From Hyaloraphidium curvatum SAG 235-1 (lineage: Eukaryota > Fungi > Monoblepharomycota): a stretch of 64,000 nt of DNA. The stretch lies in the NCBI GenBank assembly GCA_025558095.1, contig JAIVFI010000025.1:589717-653716 (forward strand). The letters are read 5' to 3'. Made by a program: the position numbers and the translations under genes. This document shows positions 42,377 to 53,751 of this stretch, piece after piece. Each line of letters opens with the position of its first letter. Position 1 is the stretch's first letter. The notes beneath the pieces were generated by a model. The model saw only the letters and a list, made by a program, of their open reading frames with translations, made no database searches and was not told the origin of the DNA.

Positions 42377-43533
42377 ATGTCCCGAACGCGCATCGCGGCG
42401 CCCCTCCTCCGCTCGCCCGCCCGCGCCGCCCCCGCGCCCGGCGCCCGCGCCTACTCGGCCCCGCGCGCGATCCGGAGCGTCGCCGTCTTCGGCTCCGGAC
42501 TGATGGGCTCCGGCATCGTGCAGTCGGTCGCGGCCAAGGGGATCCCCGTGCGCATGGTCGACGTCGCGGAGGAGGCCACCGCGCGCGGGCTGGACATGGT
42601 CCGCACCTCGCTCGCCCGCGTCGCGAAGAGGGCGCACCCGGACGACCCCGCGCGGCAGAAGGAGGAGGTGGACAGGACGATGGCGAACATCTCCGCGTCG
42701 ACGGACGCCGGAAAGGCGGCGGAGGGGGTGGATCTGGCGGTGGAGGCCATTGTGGAGAACCTGGGGATGAAGAGGAAGCTCTTCCGCGCGCTGGACGAGG
42801 CCGCCCCGTCGCACGCCATCTGTGGGTCTTCGTCGATGCTCAAGATGAGGACATGGGTGGCCTGACCCGGCTTTCAGTCGCCTCCAACACCTCCTCCCTC
42901 CGCATCCTCGACATCGCCGAGGGCGTCTCCTCCGCGCGCCGCTCGCAGTTCGGCGGCCTGCACTTCTTCAACCCCGTCCCGGTGATGAAGCTCGTCGAGG
43001 TCATCGGCACCGCCGAAACCTCCCCAAACAGCCTGCGCGCCCTCGTCGCCTTCGTCAAGACCTTGGGCAAGGTCCCCGTGGAGTGCGCGGACACGCCCGG
43101 GTTCGTGGTCAACAGGCTGCTGGTGCCGTACATCTTCGAGGCGGTGCGGCTGGTGGAGAGGGGCGACGCCAACTTTGCGGACGTGGACGTGGCGATGAAG
43201 CTGGGGAGCGGGGTGCCGATGGGCCCGTTCGAGCTCGCTGACGTGGGTCGTCTGCACTTCTCCCGTTCGCCGTCATCTGACCCGTCCCCGCGTCTGGATG
43301 GACAGTACATCGGCCTGGACACGCTGGTCTACATCATGGAGGGCTGGCACAAGCACGGCCAGGGCATCGCCGGAACCGCGCTCACCCAGCCTTCCCCCCT
43401 GCTTGACGCCCTGGTCGCGGAGGGCTCGCTGGGGCGCAAGAACGGGCGGGGTTTCTACTCCTACGGCGGCGCGGGGAAGGAGCTCGTGCCGAACGAGGGC
43501 AGCGCGGCGCTGGCAAAGTTCCTGAAGCGGTGA
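42377..43533 (+). CDS. HADH: Mitochondrial short-chain 3-hydroxyacyl-CoA dehydrogenase, 2 introns
   Basis: Arg-rich presequence, [58 protein letters not shown]. Confidence 0.95.
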
Positions 43534-43578
43534 ACGAATCTATCTGAAATCTACCGCATCTACCGCGCGCCAAAAGGA

Positions 43579-44254
43579 TCAGAGGTTGCTGTCCCGCCGC
43601 ACGCTCTCGTACGCCTTGGCGAGGTCCGGGAGCTCCGCGGCCGTGGAGGGCAGGTGCACGTAGGTGACTTTGCCGAAGCGGTCGACGGCGACGACAGCGG
43701 CCGTGAGCCACCTGCAAGCGCCGTCAGCGGCGCATTCAAAGCGGCTCTGGAATGCCGCGACGCACCTGTTTCCGGTCTCGGGGAACCGGTTCGCGACGCC
43801 GCGCTCCTTGCGCAGCTTGAACACGCCGCCGAGCGAGCCGGGGCCGAGGAAGTGCACCAGCGACGTCCACCCGATGCCTGTTCCTCCCCGTCAGCATCCG
43901 TCCGGCCATTCGAATGCAGATCTACGCACCGAGCTCCTTCCTGATCGCCAGCTCCGGCCCGTCCACCAGCACCTCGACGCCCTCCGGCACCGCGTGCTCC
44001 CCCGCCGTCGCCTCCTTCAGCCAGCTTTTCGCGATCCCCTCGTCGCCGTGAAGCACGACCCTCGTCGCCACATCCTTCGGGGGCGGGTTCGAGCGGAACA
44101 GCGCCGCGAGGTCCTGCAGCGTGGCCTCGGCAAAGGGGCAGCCGGGGTGGCGGAGCACGATGGTGACGCTGGGGCGGGGGACGGAGGGCGGCGCGGGGGA
44201 GCCGACGGCGGGGGCGGGGGCGGTGGTCAGGGAAAAGGGAGGGAGGAGGGACAT
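43579..44254 (-). CDS. AhpC/TSA-2 (PRXL2-like) thioredoxin-fold protein, 2 introns
   Basis: IVLRHPGCPFAE, VLVDGPELAI, HFLGPGSL, GNR/WLTAAVVAVD...GKVTYVH; ends SNL. Confidence 0.75.
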
Positions 44255-44680
44255 CGTGGGGCCGGGAGCGGGGGGGAGATTGGGAGGTCGTGGGAGACGG
44301 ATGAACTGGGCAGCCGGCGGCAAGCCGAATGTCCGCCCCGGATCGCTGGCCTGCCCAAGGCTCTTCCAGCCGGGGAAGACCAAGATCGGAACCAATCAGA
44401 AGCTGCTCATCGTCACCTAGACGAAGATATAGGATACCGTGGGCGAGGACGTTGTCGACGCCAAGAAGCCGCAGCCAGTCCAATGGAGAGGTCCGATCCC
44501 ATCGCAACAAGGATCATAAGCGAGCAGCCAAGACGATTCATCAGTGCCCAAGTCAGACGCATCCTCCGACCCCCTCCTCTGGCAACTAGAGGATGGCGAG
44601 GTTGGTCGATTCGGGTTCCATCGCTCGGGTGCCGGCGTGGCCGATGACGACTATGAACATTCCACACAACACAGCCGGCG

Positions 44681-46304
44681 ATGCCCCCCACCGACTACGG
44701 CGGTCTGTCCGCCGACGAGTGGCTCGTCCTGTTCCCGCTCCCGACGGAAACCGAGCGGTCGCGGCCGGCGGACGACCCCGCGGCGGAACTGCGCGAGGCG
44801 AACCCCCTGACGCCGGAGACCGTCCAGCGCGCCCTCGGCGGGACCCCGCTGCTACGGGCGCTGACGCGTCTCAGCATCGCGCTGGCGCCGTGGGCAAGCC
44901 GCTTGAGCCTGCGCATCAGCGTGGCGCAGGCGACGATGGTCGCCGGCGTCGCGTTCGTCTGGGTGTTCAACGGCGGCCGCTTCGGCACCCGCCAGCTCGT
45001 CGCCGCCGCCGTCACCGCCGGCGTGCGGTTCCTGCTCTACGGCTTCGGCATGTCGCTGGTTTCCAACATGGCAAACCGATCCATTCTCCGCGAGCCTGGC
45101 TCTGGCGGCATCGTCCGCCTGCCTGACCTGTCGTTCTGGCCCACCGCCACGCTCTGGCGTTATCAGCAGCTATCGGGGGCATCGGTATCAGTTGGAGAGA
45201 AAGAAGGTCGCCAGGATGATGATCACACCTTCGACCGCCCGTCGGTGCTTCTGGCTCACTCGGAGGGCGACCAGTTCTGCTGCTGCCCGGCGCCGGCTTG
45301 CGCGGGATCCGCAGCCAGCCGAGCCGGTCGCACGCAGGCATTTCTGCTGGCGACCTCATTGTGTCTCGATGCCTTCCACCACTTCGCACTGGTCTTTACC
45401 CCGCTTGTAACCCTCGGTGCCGTCCTATGGTCGACGTCGTGGGGCATCTTCCTTGGCCTCGTTACGAGTGGGTGGTTCCCGACCTTCCTCCATCCCGTGC
45501 ATCTCCTCACGTTCCTCAGTCGTCGCTTGCCTCGACGCCTCCATCCCCAGCCATGCCGGCGGCCCCGCGGTCGCCAACAACGTGCCCGTCTGCGACCTCG
45601 GCCGGCGGCTGCAGTACCGCGCGGTGTCGCACGCGCTCGCGTCTCTGGTATCCCACTGCGATGCCATGGTGGACACCGGGAAGGAGGACCTCGCGGGCGG
45701 TAGGGTCGAGGAGTTCTACGGCGAGCTGCTGCCGCGGCTCGCGGCAAAGTGGAAGAGCAACGTGTCGTTCAATGTGCTTGTGTGGGTACTGCTCGTCATC
45801 TACGCCTGCGAGGCCGTGTGCCTCGTCATCAACGTTGTAAGTCACCGGCTTCGCTTCCGCGTCAGGCTCACGGGCCATCTCTCCATCTTCCTTCGACAGG
45901 CCCTCGGCTCCTGCATTCCCGCATGCCAGATCGCCCTCCTCGTCACCACGACCTTCCTCCTCCTCATGGAACTCCTCACCACCAGCCTCTTTAACGGGCA
46001 GACCTCCGACGTCTCCGTCCTCTGCACCTCTGCAGCACGCTCCCTCAAGACACTTGCGGTCCGCGCCGTCCGCGACCCCTCGCTGCGCACCAGCGGCGTC
46101 CCCGCGCGGCTCGAGAGCCATGCGGCGCTGGTGCTCTCGTACGCTGACACGGAGGCGTACAGGGCGAGGCTCTTTGGCGCGCAGGTCTCGTTCGCGTTCG
46201 TGAGGACGCTGGCGGTGACGGTGCTCACGGCCGTGCTGGGGCTGTGGTCGATCTTGCGGGGTTCGGGGGTGTTTGTGACGATGGAGTCGGTCTGTCCTTC
46301 GTGA
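44681..46304 (+). CDS. Multi-pass (~7 TM) membrane protein, candidate GR/DUF3537-like 7TM ion channel; introns 45468-45519 and 45837-45899
   Basis: About seven hydrophobic segments with long helical linkers. The C-terminal YRARLFGAQVSFAFVRTLAVTVLTAVLGLWSIL resembles TM7a/7b. Confidence 0.65.
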
Positions 46305-46594
46305 TTCCTTGTGAATCCTGAGCAGGGAACGAACTCGTCGAATGTATGGCATTGGCCGGCCGATGCGTACAGGGATGCGAAGCTTCCGATGGAATCGTCA
46401 ATGGAGGATCCTGGATTTTGACGATGCTGATGGATTTTCAGATGAGAATCATGCGTTCTTGCCCGCGCTGGGTTCGCGGTGCTGGGTTCGTCGCGCTGGG
46501 TTCGCGGGCTTCCGCGGCGCGACACGTCAGCGCTCCCCAAAAGGTCGACAACACTCTCCCGCAACCTCCACTACCGCTTTCCGTCGACGAAACC

Positions 46595-47957
46595 ATGCAG
46601 CGCGCTACCGACGCCATCAAGTCCGTGCTCCCCGGCCACAACAAGGAGAAGGAGGCCACCGCCGCGACCGCCGGGACAACCGCGGCCGGCACGACGACCT
46701 CCGGGCACACCGGCACCGCGATTGTTGGCTTTTCGCCCTCCCCCGCGCCCTGCACGGCCTGAAACCATTTTGAAAGGACCCCAGGACCGCGGCGACGGGG
46801 ACCAACGCCGGCATGAGCGGCACGGGCGGCGTGGTGGGCCGTGCGCCTCGGGGGCTTTGCGAGGAGCTGACCCGTGCCTGCGCGGCAGACGTCGCACTCC
46901 GTCACCGGGCAGCCGACGACCGGACACCAAGGGATGACCGGGCACACGGGCGTGGCCGGGACGGGGACTACGGTGGGCGGCGGCGAGGCGTTGTTTCCGG
47001 CTCCCAGGCGGTGATGGCGCCTTCGACCTAGTCCCACCAGTCGACCGGGATCAGCACCGGCACCACGGAGGAGGAGATCAGGACCAGGGTCAGGGCTCCC
47101 GTCGTGCACGAGGAGATCCGCGCGAGGTGGGCGGTCTGTCCGATCTGCGCTTCCCTCCGGCAGCGCTGACCCGGGCGGCCGCCTCCAGCGAGCAGGTCCG
47201 CGTGACCCCCGAAGTGCAGCGCGAGGTCGTCCGCCCCGAGATCCAGCAGGTCGTGCAGCCCGTCACGGAGCGCGTGCAAGCGCCCACGCAGGTCGAGATC
47301 GCGCGCGCGGAAGGCGGCGTGCGCGAGGTGCGCGCGCAGGGCGACGTGGCGGACGAAAGGCGCTACGCGCAGCAGGCGGCCGCTGTGAGGGACGAGACGA
47401 GGCACGCGGGGACGGAGAGGAGCAGGGTGGAGGAGCAGGCCAGGGTGTCGGAGACCGTGAGGGGCGAGAGGTGGGGCAAAGCTACCGTGATCGCGCCCAA
47501 GGGGAGGTTGATTAGGCGCTTTCCTCCACAGGTACCAGGAGATCCAGCCCGTCATCGAGCGCGTCGTTGAGAAGCCCAAGGTCGTCGAGGTGCAGCAGCA
47601 CCAGAAGGAGATCGTGCACGAGTGGGTTTCGATGCGCTTTTTGCGCCGATGTGGGCCTGATCTGCCCCTATGCAGGGCTCCCAAGGTTCACGACCTCAAG
47701 GTCAACGCACCCATCGACATCTCGTCGGCCGCCCCGCTGCTCAAGGTGGGCTGTCTGGTCGCAGATCCGCCGCTTTCCTGAGGCTGATATCGCGTGCTTG
47801 ACATCCACAGGGCCAGGGCCAGGCGGTCGGACCCGGCCAGTACCGCGACTACGAGAACGCGCCGCACGCCCCCGGCGAGACGAAGATGCACCCGAGCGAG
47901 AAGATCCCCACCAGGGAGGGGCACGAGCTCAAAGAGTCGACCCCGCGCGGGGCGTGA
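46595..47957 (+). CDS. Hydrophilic fungal allergen-like (Fus c 3-type) stress protein, multi-exon
   Basis: G/T-rich N-terminus; APVVHEEIR...VQREVVRPEIQQVVQPVTER and EIQPVIERVVEKP...IVHEAP repeats. Confidence 0.65.
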
Positions 47958-48534
47958 TCGGGCTGGGTGCCGGCGAGGGGCGGTGCTCAAGATGGCCGCC
48001 CTTTTGGGACCTCCTGTGCATTTTTTGTTCTTTCGAATCAGTATGCTTTTGTTCCGTGCCTGTGGCTCCCGGAGGCCGGTCCCTTACACCTGGAGCGGTT
48101 CGTTGGTGCGCCGCCGCACGCCAAGGATCCCGCCGCACACCGCGTCCGCCGCATGTCCGGCATCCCGGCTGCAGGAATTCTTCGGGGCGACCTTTCACCA
48201 GCATTGTAGTGTTGCTGGCTGTTGGGAACCGGTAGCGCCCACCCGAGTCCGAGATCAAGGCGGTGGTCGAGCGCCCGACGGGGCACCGCCTTTACCCTCG
48301 GACCCGATTCCTGCGCGGTACAGCAACGAATCTTCCTGAATCCAGAGATATAGAGATCTGTATGGAGGCCGAGTTTGTTCTTCACGAGGCCAGGAGCCCT
48401 TCAGCAGTGTCGCAACTACTAGTGGCATCTGCCTGCTACGACAAGCGGAAGAGAAAGGGACGTTTGCCCCATCGGCGACGCCGCGACGATGAAGATTCAA
48501 TTGCCAAAAACCAAGAGATTGAAGCCTGTACGAA

Positions 48535-49498
48535 TCAGTTGTCGGACCAGATAGGCTCCTCGGCGGCACCCTCGCTTCCCTCGTCCCTGTACCCGGCAGC
48601 CTCCCCGTCCCCGTCCTCGGGGTCGCCCTCCAAGCCCTCGAGCCCCTCGCCGTCTTCCTGGTCGTAGGAAGGAGACCCTCCTTCCAGGCCGTGGTCGAGA
48701 TCGCGGCCCTCGGGCTGGCCCGCTTGCGAGAGCCCGTCTTCGGCTTCGGTGTCCGGCGTCGGCCCGCGGATCCCGAGGATGTCAGAAGCGTGCTTGACCA
48801 TGAACTCGGCGAACTCGGCCCGATGCGATTCAGGGATGCAGATGGACGCCGCGTTGTCGCTGGGCGGATCGTCAGGATCCCCGAGGGCCGACGGGCAACG
48901 ATGCACGCACCTGGGGTTCTTGTGCTTGAAGAAGTCGAAATCGTCCTTGGGCACGTGCTGCCTGAAGTTCCCCTTCAGGAACTTGTGCACGCGGTAGCGC
49001 AGCTTGCCCTGGAATGCGCATGCAGCAGTCAGGAAGGCGGTGATCAGCTCATGTTTCCGGCGGTCCCACCTGCACCCGGGAGTTGTTGAGGTCCGCGGTC
49101 ACGCCCGGAATGGAGCTGACGATGTCCCTCCAGGGAGCGAGCGGGCCGACCTTTGCGACCGCGTCGCGCCGGTGCGCGTCCCAGTAGTCGGACCCGCTCG
49201 CCGCTTCCTCGGCTTCGCTCTCTGCGTCCTCCGCGCCGTTCCCGTTCCCGCCGGCGCCCTCGTCCACCCGGACCGCCTCCCTCGCGGCCTCCAGTTTCTT
49301 CCTCCTCGCCTCCTTCTTGTCCTGCTCCATCATGGCGCGCAGGATGTCCTTGAAGCGCCTCGACCCAAAGAACCCGTCCAGCGCGGCGCGGGCACGCTTC
49401 TCGGCGGCCGCCGGCAGCTCGTCCCCGGTCTTGCCCTCGATGAAGGCGGCAATGTAGCCGCGCGTGACGCGGGCAATCTGCTCTTGCAGGCTCTCCAT
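48535..49498 (-). CDS. Hypothetical protein X1 (unnamed domain, acidic tail); introns 49009-49069 and 48860-48910
   Basis: Spliced PWRDIV...GKLRYRVHKFLKGNF...SICIPESHRAEFAEFM; canonical GT-AG introns with CTGAC branch sites. Confidence 0.75.
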
Positions 49499-49633
49499 TT
49501 GCAGCGGGCGTCGCGCGGGAGACAAATGGTGGCGTGACTGGTCGGATCGATCGACATGTGACTCATCGCACATCGCAATCGCTCCAATCCGGCCCGCTCA
49601 CTTCGCGCGCAGCTAAGACCAAAGCCGCAGAAC

Positions 49634-50479
49634 ATGGAGAACGACATCGTCACCGTCGACGACCTCCGCGCCATCCTAAAGAGCGCCGACCCGCGCCTGC
49701 TCGACTACCAGGGCCGCATCCTCGACGCGTACCGCGAAATGGTCGAGGAAGCCCGCGAGGCGGCGGTGCTCGCCCCCGGGAAGCACACGGACGATGACTA
49801 CGAGACCGAAGAGGAGGCCCCGACGGGGTCGCACCGGAAAGCTTCCGTTTCGCGGAGGAGCTTCGAGGACAAGATGTCGGTGCCCAAGGCGTTCGACGCC
49901 TCCGAGGCGGAGCCCTACCTCGACATCGTCAGGGAGGACGTGTTCCACGGGCGGCCGGTCGACATGCAGGGCTTCCTGAAGGCGAGGAGCAGCATGCTCT
50001 CCTTGCCGCCCCCATCTCACTGTAGTGCCGCCCGCCCCGCCAGGCGAGGCTTCTCAAGACGGCGATCGAGTTCCTCCGCAAGGCGTACCCGGAGGTCCAG
50101 GACAACGGTGCTTTCATGCTCCGCCACAACAAGTGGGTCCGCCAACGGCACCGCAGGCCTTGAAGGAGCTGACAACCGCTTCCGCTCGGGGCGCAGCATC
50201 CTCACGTACTACGTCCCCCATGAGCTGCGCCCCGACTTCGTCGCCTACCTCCTGCGGAACGTGGATGGGCTCAGGGCCGTTCAGCGCGCTTCCGAGAAGG
50301 AAGCCAAGAAAGCCGGGGGCAAGCGCAAGCCGGGTCGGCCGCCCGGCGGGGGCGGCAAGGTCACAGCCAGCAAGAAAAGGGCGCTGATCGAGTCCTCGGA
50401 GGACGAGGGAGAGTTCTCCCCGGACAACATGCGCTCGGGGTTGGCCTCGGATGAAGACGACGACGACACGTCGGATTAG
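49634..50479 (+). CDS. Hypothetical protein X2, remote paralogue of X1; introns 49982-50043 (GC-AG) and 50133-50196
   Basis: Spliced PYLDIV...ARLLKTAIEFLRKAY...ILTYYVPHELRPDFVAYL, then KKAGGKRKPGRPP (NLS/AT-hook-like) and an acidic tail. Confidence 0.72.
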   Translation: MENDIVTVDDLRAILKSADPRLLDYQGRILDAYREMVEEAREAAVLAPGKHTDDDYETEEEAPTGSHRKASVSRRSFEDKMSVPKAFDASEAEPYLDIVREDVFHGRPVDMQGFLKARSSMLSLPPPSHCSAARPARRGFSRRRSSSSARRTRRSRTTVLSCSATTSGSANGTAGLEGADNRFRSGRSILTYYVPHELRPDFVAYLLRNVDGLRAVQRASEKEAKKAGGKRKPGRPPGGGGKVTASKKRALIESSEDEGEFSPDNMRSGLASDEDDDDTSD

Positions 50480-50532
50480 TCGGATACGTGCTTCTTGCAT
50501 CCACACATCTTGAACTTGCCAAATGAACACGC

Positions 50533-52279
50533 TCACTTCTTCGCATCCACGGCGAACCCCGCCACCTCCGCATCCACCCACCCCTTCCCGAACCCGCCGT
50601 CCCACCCCACCCTCCGCCGGCTCTCGAGCTTCTCCGTCCGTCGCATTTGCGCCACCGCCCCCGTGAGCATCTCGCTCCAGCGGCGGAACTCGAACCGCAC
50701 GCCGAACTCGTTGCACGTCTGCGCGAGGACGGGGTACAGGTGGCGGTGGTAGCCGTGGTCAACGGTGGGAAAGAGGTGCTGTGAAAAGGGGGAAAGATGG
50801 TCAGTCGGGCGCGCGGTCAGCTGGAGATGGCCGCACGTGAAGGGTGTGGTCGCCAAAGGTCGAGAGCACGGCCGGCAGCATCAGATCCGTCGTAGGCTGC
50901 GGAGAACCCATCTCAGCGCCCTGAAAACCAGAGCTTCACCGTCGCGGCTCACCGCATAGAGCTCCACCCTGTCCCCGCTGGTCTCGAGCTGGAACAGCCC
51001 GAAATCCCTGATTTCCTCCATCCCCGGCCTTTCCTCCCCCTGTCGCCACGTGTCGTCGCTGTAGTGCCCCACCAGCAGCCCCGTCGCGGCGATCCACGCC
51101 GAGTGCACCCCGCGCGCGAGGCACCACAGCCCCGCGGTCTCGAGGAGGCCCCACGGGAGGAGGGGGCGGAGGGCGCGGTTGGCGCGGCGGGAGAGGAGCA
51201 TGGCCGCGAAGACGAGGTAGTACAGGAGCTCCTTGCGCTTCTGGTGGATGGGGTAGAGGTAGAACGGCATCCAGGCGCCAAAGTAGCCGCTGCGGAGCGG
51301 GTCGATTGGTCAGATCGAGCGCATTGCGAGGTTCGAAGGGACGCCCACTAGACGAGGAAGAGCCTGATCATGTCCCACGCCTTGGAGTTGGGCGAACGCG
51401 GCTTGTCGATGTCGAAGCTCTGGCCCAAGGTGTAGGCCGTGATGACCGGCTCGATGTCGAGCGACGAGTTGGGGTACATGTGGTGCGAGATCTGTAGATG
51501 GGAAGACGGGTCAACACAGAGCGAAGAAGCGAGCAGCTCCGGCACAGTCACCTCGTGGTGGATCCGCCACGTCCGCGACGGCGACCCAACCAGGTCCATG
51601 TAGTACCTCCTCCAGTTCTCAGCCTGATGCCCGAAATTGTGCGCAATCGTCGACAGCGCCCCTGCGGCAGCACCCGCGGCCACTGCCAGCCCAACGCTGC
51701 GCTTGTACGCCGCCCTCAGGATCAGGAACAGGTACAGACCGGCGGTGCCGTCGGCGACGAGCTTGGAGAGCAGCTTGGGGCGCGGGCCGACCTCCTTGAC
51801 CTTGGCCAGCGCGCGAGCACGCAGCACGGAGTAGAAGCCGTCGGGGTTGAAGGTCAGCGGGCTCTCGCGGGGGAAGTCGGCGTCCTTATCGCAGGAGTTG
51901 AGCAGGACGTCTTCCCACGCCGTCGACGCCACCCACCCGCACGCGGTACTTGTTCAGGATCGCCCTGACGCGCTCGATATCCAGGTGGTGCGATTCGAAC
52001 AGCTCCGTCACGTCCGTCCCCTGTTTGCCGAGCGCGAAGGGAGACATTCAGGCACCGTCCCCGCTGCCCCGCCACGGCCCGCACCTTCGTGATTTCCAGC
52101 CAATCCTGCCCGCCGGGGTGCTCAAAGTTGGTCAGATCGTAGAGGGAGTCGTGCACGCGCCAGAGTCCGGCGGCGCCATGCCGGGCCATGTATTCGCGGC
52201 GCCCGTCGAGGTAGTCGACGATGGTGCGGCCGCGGACCCGCTCGGGCGCGGGGAACGTGCCGGGCTGCTCGTAGCCCAT
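50533..52279 (-). CDS. Cytochrome b5-related protein (cytochrome b5 fused to a desaturase-like domain, Cyt-b5-r type), multi-exon
   Basis: GLWRVHDSLYDLTNFEHPGG, GTDVTELFESHH, AHNFGHQ, WRIHHE/ISHHMYPN, HLFPTVDH. Confidence 0.88.
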
Positions 52280-52439
52280 TGCTGTGGTGGTGTCTAGGTG
52301 CGGCGAGGGCGGGGTCGGATGTGCGTGAAACGGGTCGGAATGCGGCGGGGGAAGGGCGGCGCTGAGGCAGGGAGTGAGCCTAGCCCCAGACGAACACCGT
52401 ACAGTTCGACGAAGCATCAGCTCGGATTCACACAGGACA

Positions 52440-53751
52440 TCACAGCTTCGCGGGCCCCTCTTCACCCCCCGCCTCTCCCCCTCCGGCCTCCCCTGCTCCC
52501 GCCTTGGGCACCCCCGCCAAACCCGTCCACCCCTCCACCGTGCGCACGTAGTCCATGTCCTTGAACACCATCCTCTGCACCGTCCCTTCCACGTCGTAGT
52601 CCAGGACAACCCTGTACCGATCGCCATCCTTCGGCCGCACGCCCTCCTCCCACTCCCCGATCGCCGCGCGGAGCTCCGGCGTGCGCGAGTGCAGCTGGTC
52701 CAGGGGGAACACGAGCACCTGCCCGTCGTTGTGGCCGTCGGCGTCGTCGTGGAAGAATTCGGGGTGGTTCTTGATAGTTTCGAGGCGGGAGCGGCGCAGG
52801 CGCGGGCCGGGTGAAAGTGGGGTATAGGGGAGGAGGTGAGAGAGGGTTGGGAACCGAAGACGGAGCTCTGCAGTGCCAATAATGGTGAAAAGAAGTCTAA
52901 GGGGAACCGGAATCCGCCTCACCAGCGAGACTGCAGAACTGCGGCTCGACGAGCTCGATCTCGTCCCGCTTGAACCTGTCGATGCCCTCCTGCGGCGTGA
53001 CCCACGAAAACTCGAGCGTCTCGGTGCCGTCCGCCGCAACGTAGGGGTGGATGTCCGCGTCTCCCCCCGGATCCGCGCCGAGGGGGTGGTCCAGCACGGT
53101 GAGGAAAAAGTGCGCGTCGTACGTCTTGATCTCCGTCTCCGGGGTCCTCCAGTTGGACCAGAACGCCAGACTGCCGAGGTCGGGCGCGCATTTGAAGTGC
53201 TCGCACAGCTCAGCAAACGCCCCCGCGTCGGCATTCACCCTCCGCCGCCACGCGTCCGACGCCGCAACCCGCTCCGCCGCCGTCCCGGGCCGGCCCTCGA
53301 GCCAGTCCACCCGCGGCCTGAGCAGCGCGATCCCGCACTCCTCGAACGTCTCCCTTGCCGCGGCCACCAAGAGCCCGAGGGCGAAATCCCGCCTCGCCTG
53401 GCCCTCGAGCCGCCGGCCCCAGCGGTCGCCCTTGGCAAACAGGGTCTCGTAGTCGTGCAGCACCGCGTCCTCCATTTTCCTTATCTCTTCCTCCGACAGC
53501 CCGCCCAGTCGAGGGAGGATGTCCCTCCATTTCGCGTCCGTGTCCGCTCCCTCGAGCACGCCGCCGGGGAACACGCTCAGACTCCCGAAGAACCCGCGGG
53601 CGCTGCGCCGCAGCATCAGCACCTTGTAGTCCGCCGGGTCGCGTGTCGGGTCGCGCGACGCGTCCTTCCACGGGGAAACGACGATGACCGACGACGCGGG
53701 CTTGGGGAAGACCGGGTCCGCGGGCACCGGTTTGAGCGGGGTGGCGGGCAT
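52440..53751 (-). CDS. NUDT19-like acyl-CoA diphosphatase (Nudix), 1 intron, C-terminal PTS1 AKL
   Basis: KVLMLRR, VFPGGVLE, AAARETFEECGI, WSNWRTP, YDAHFF, DGTET...WVTP, LVEPQF; ends GPAKL. Confidence 0.9.
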
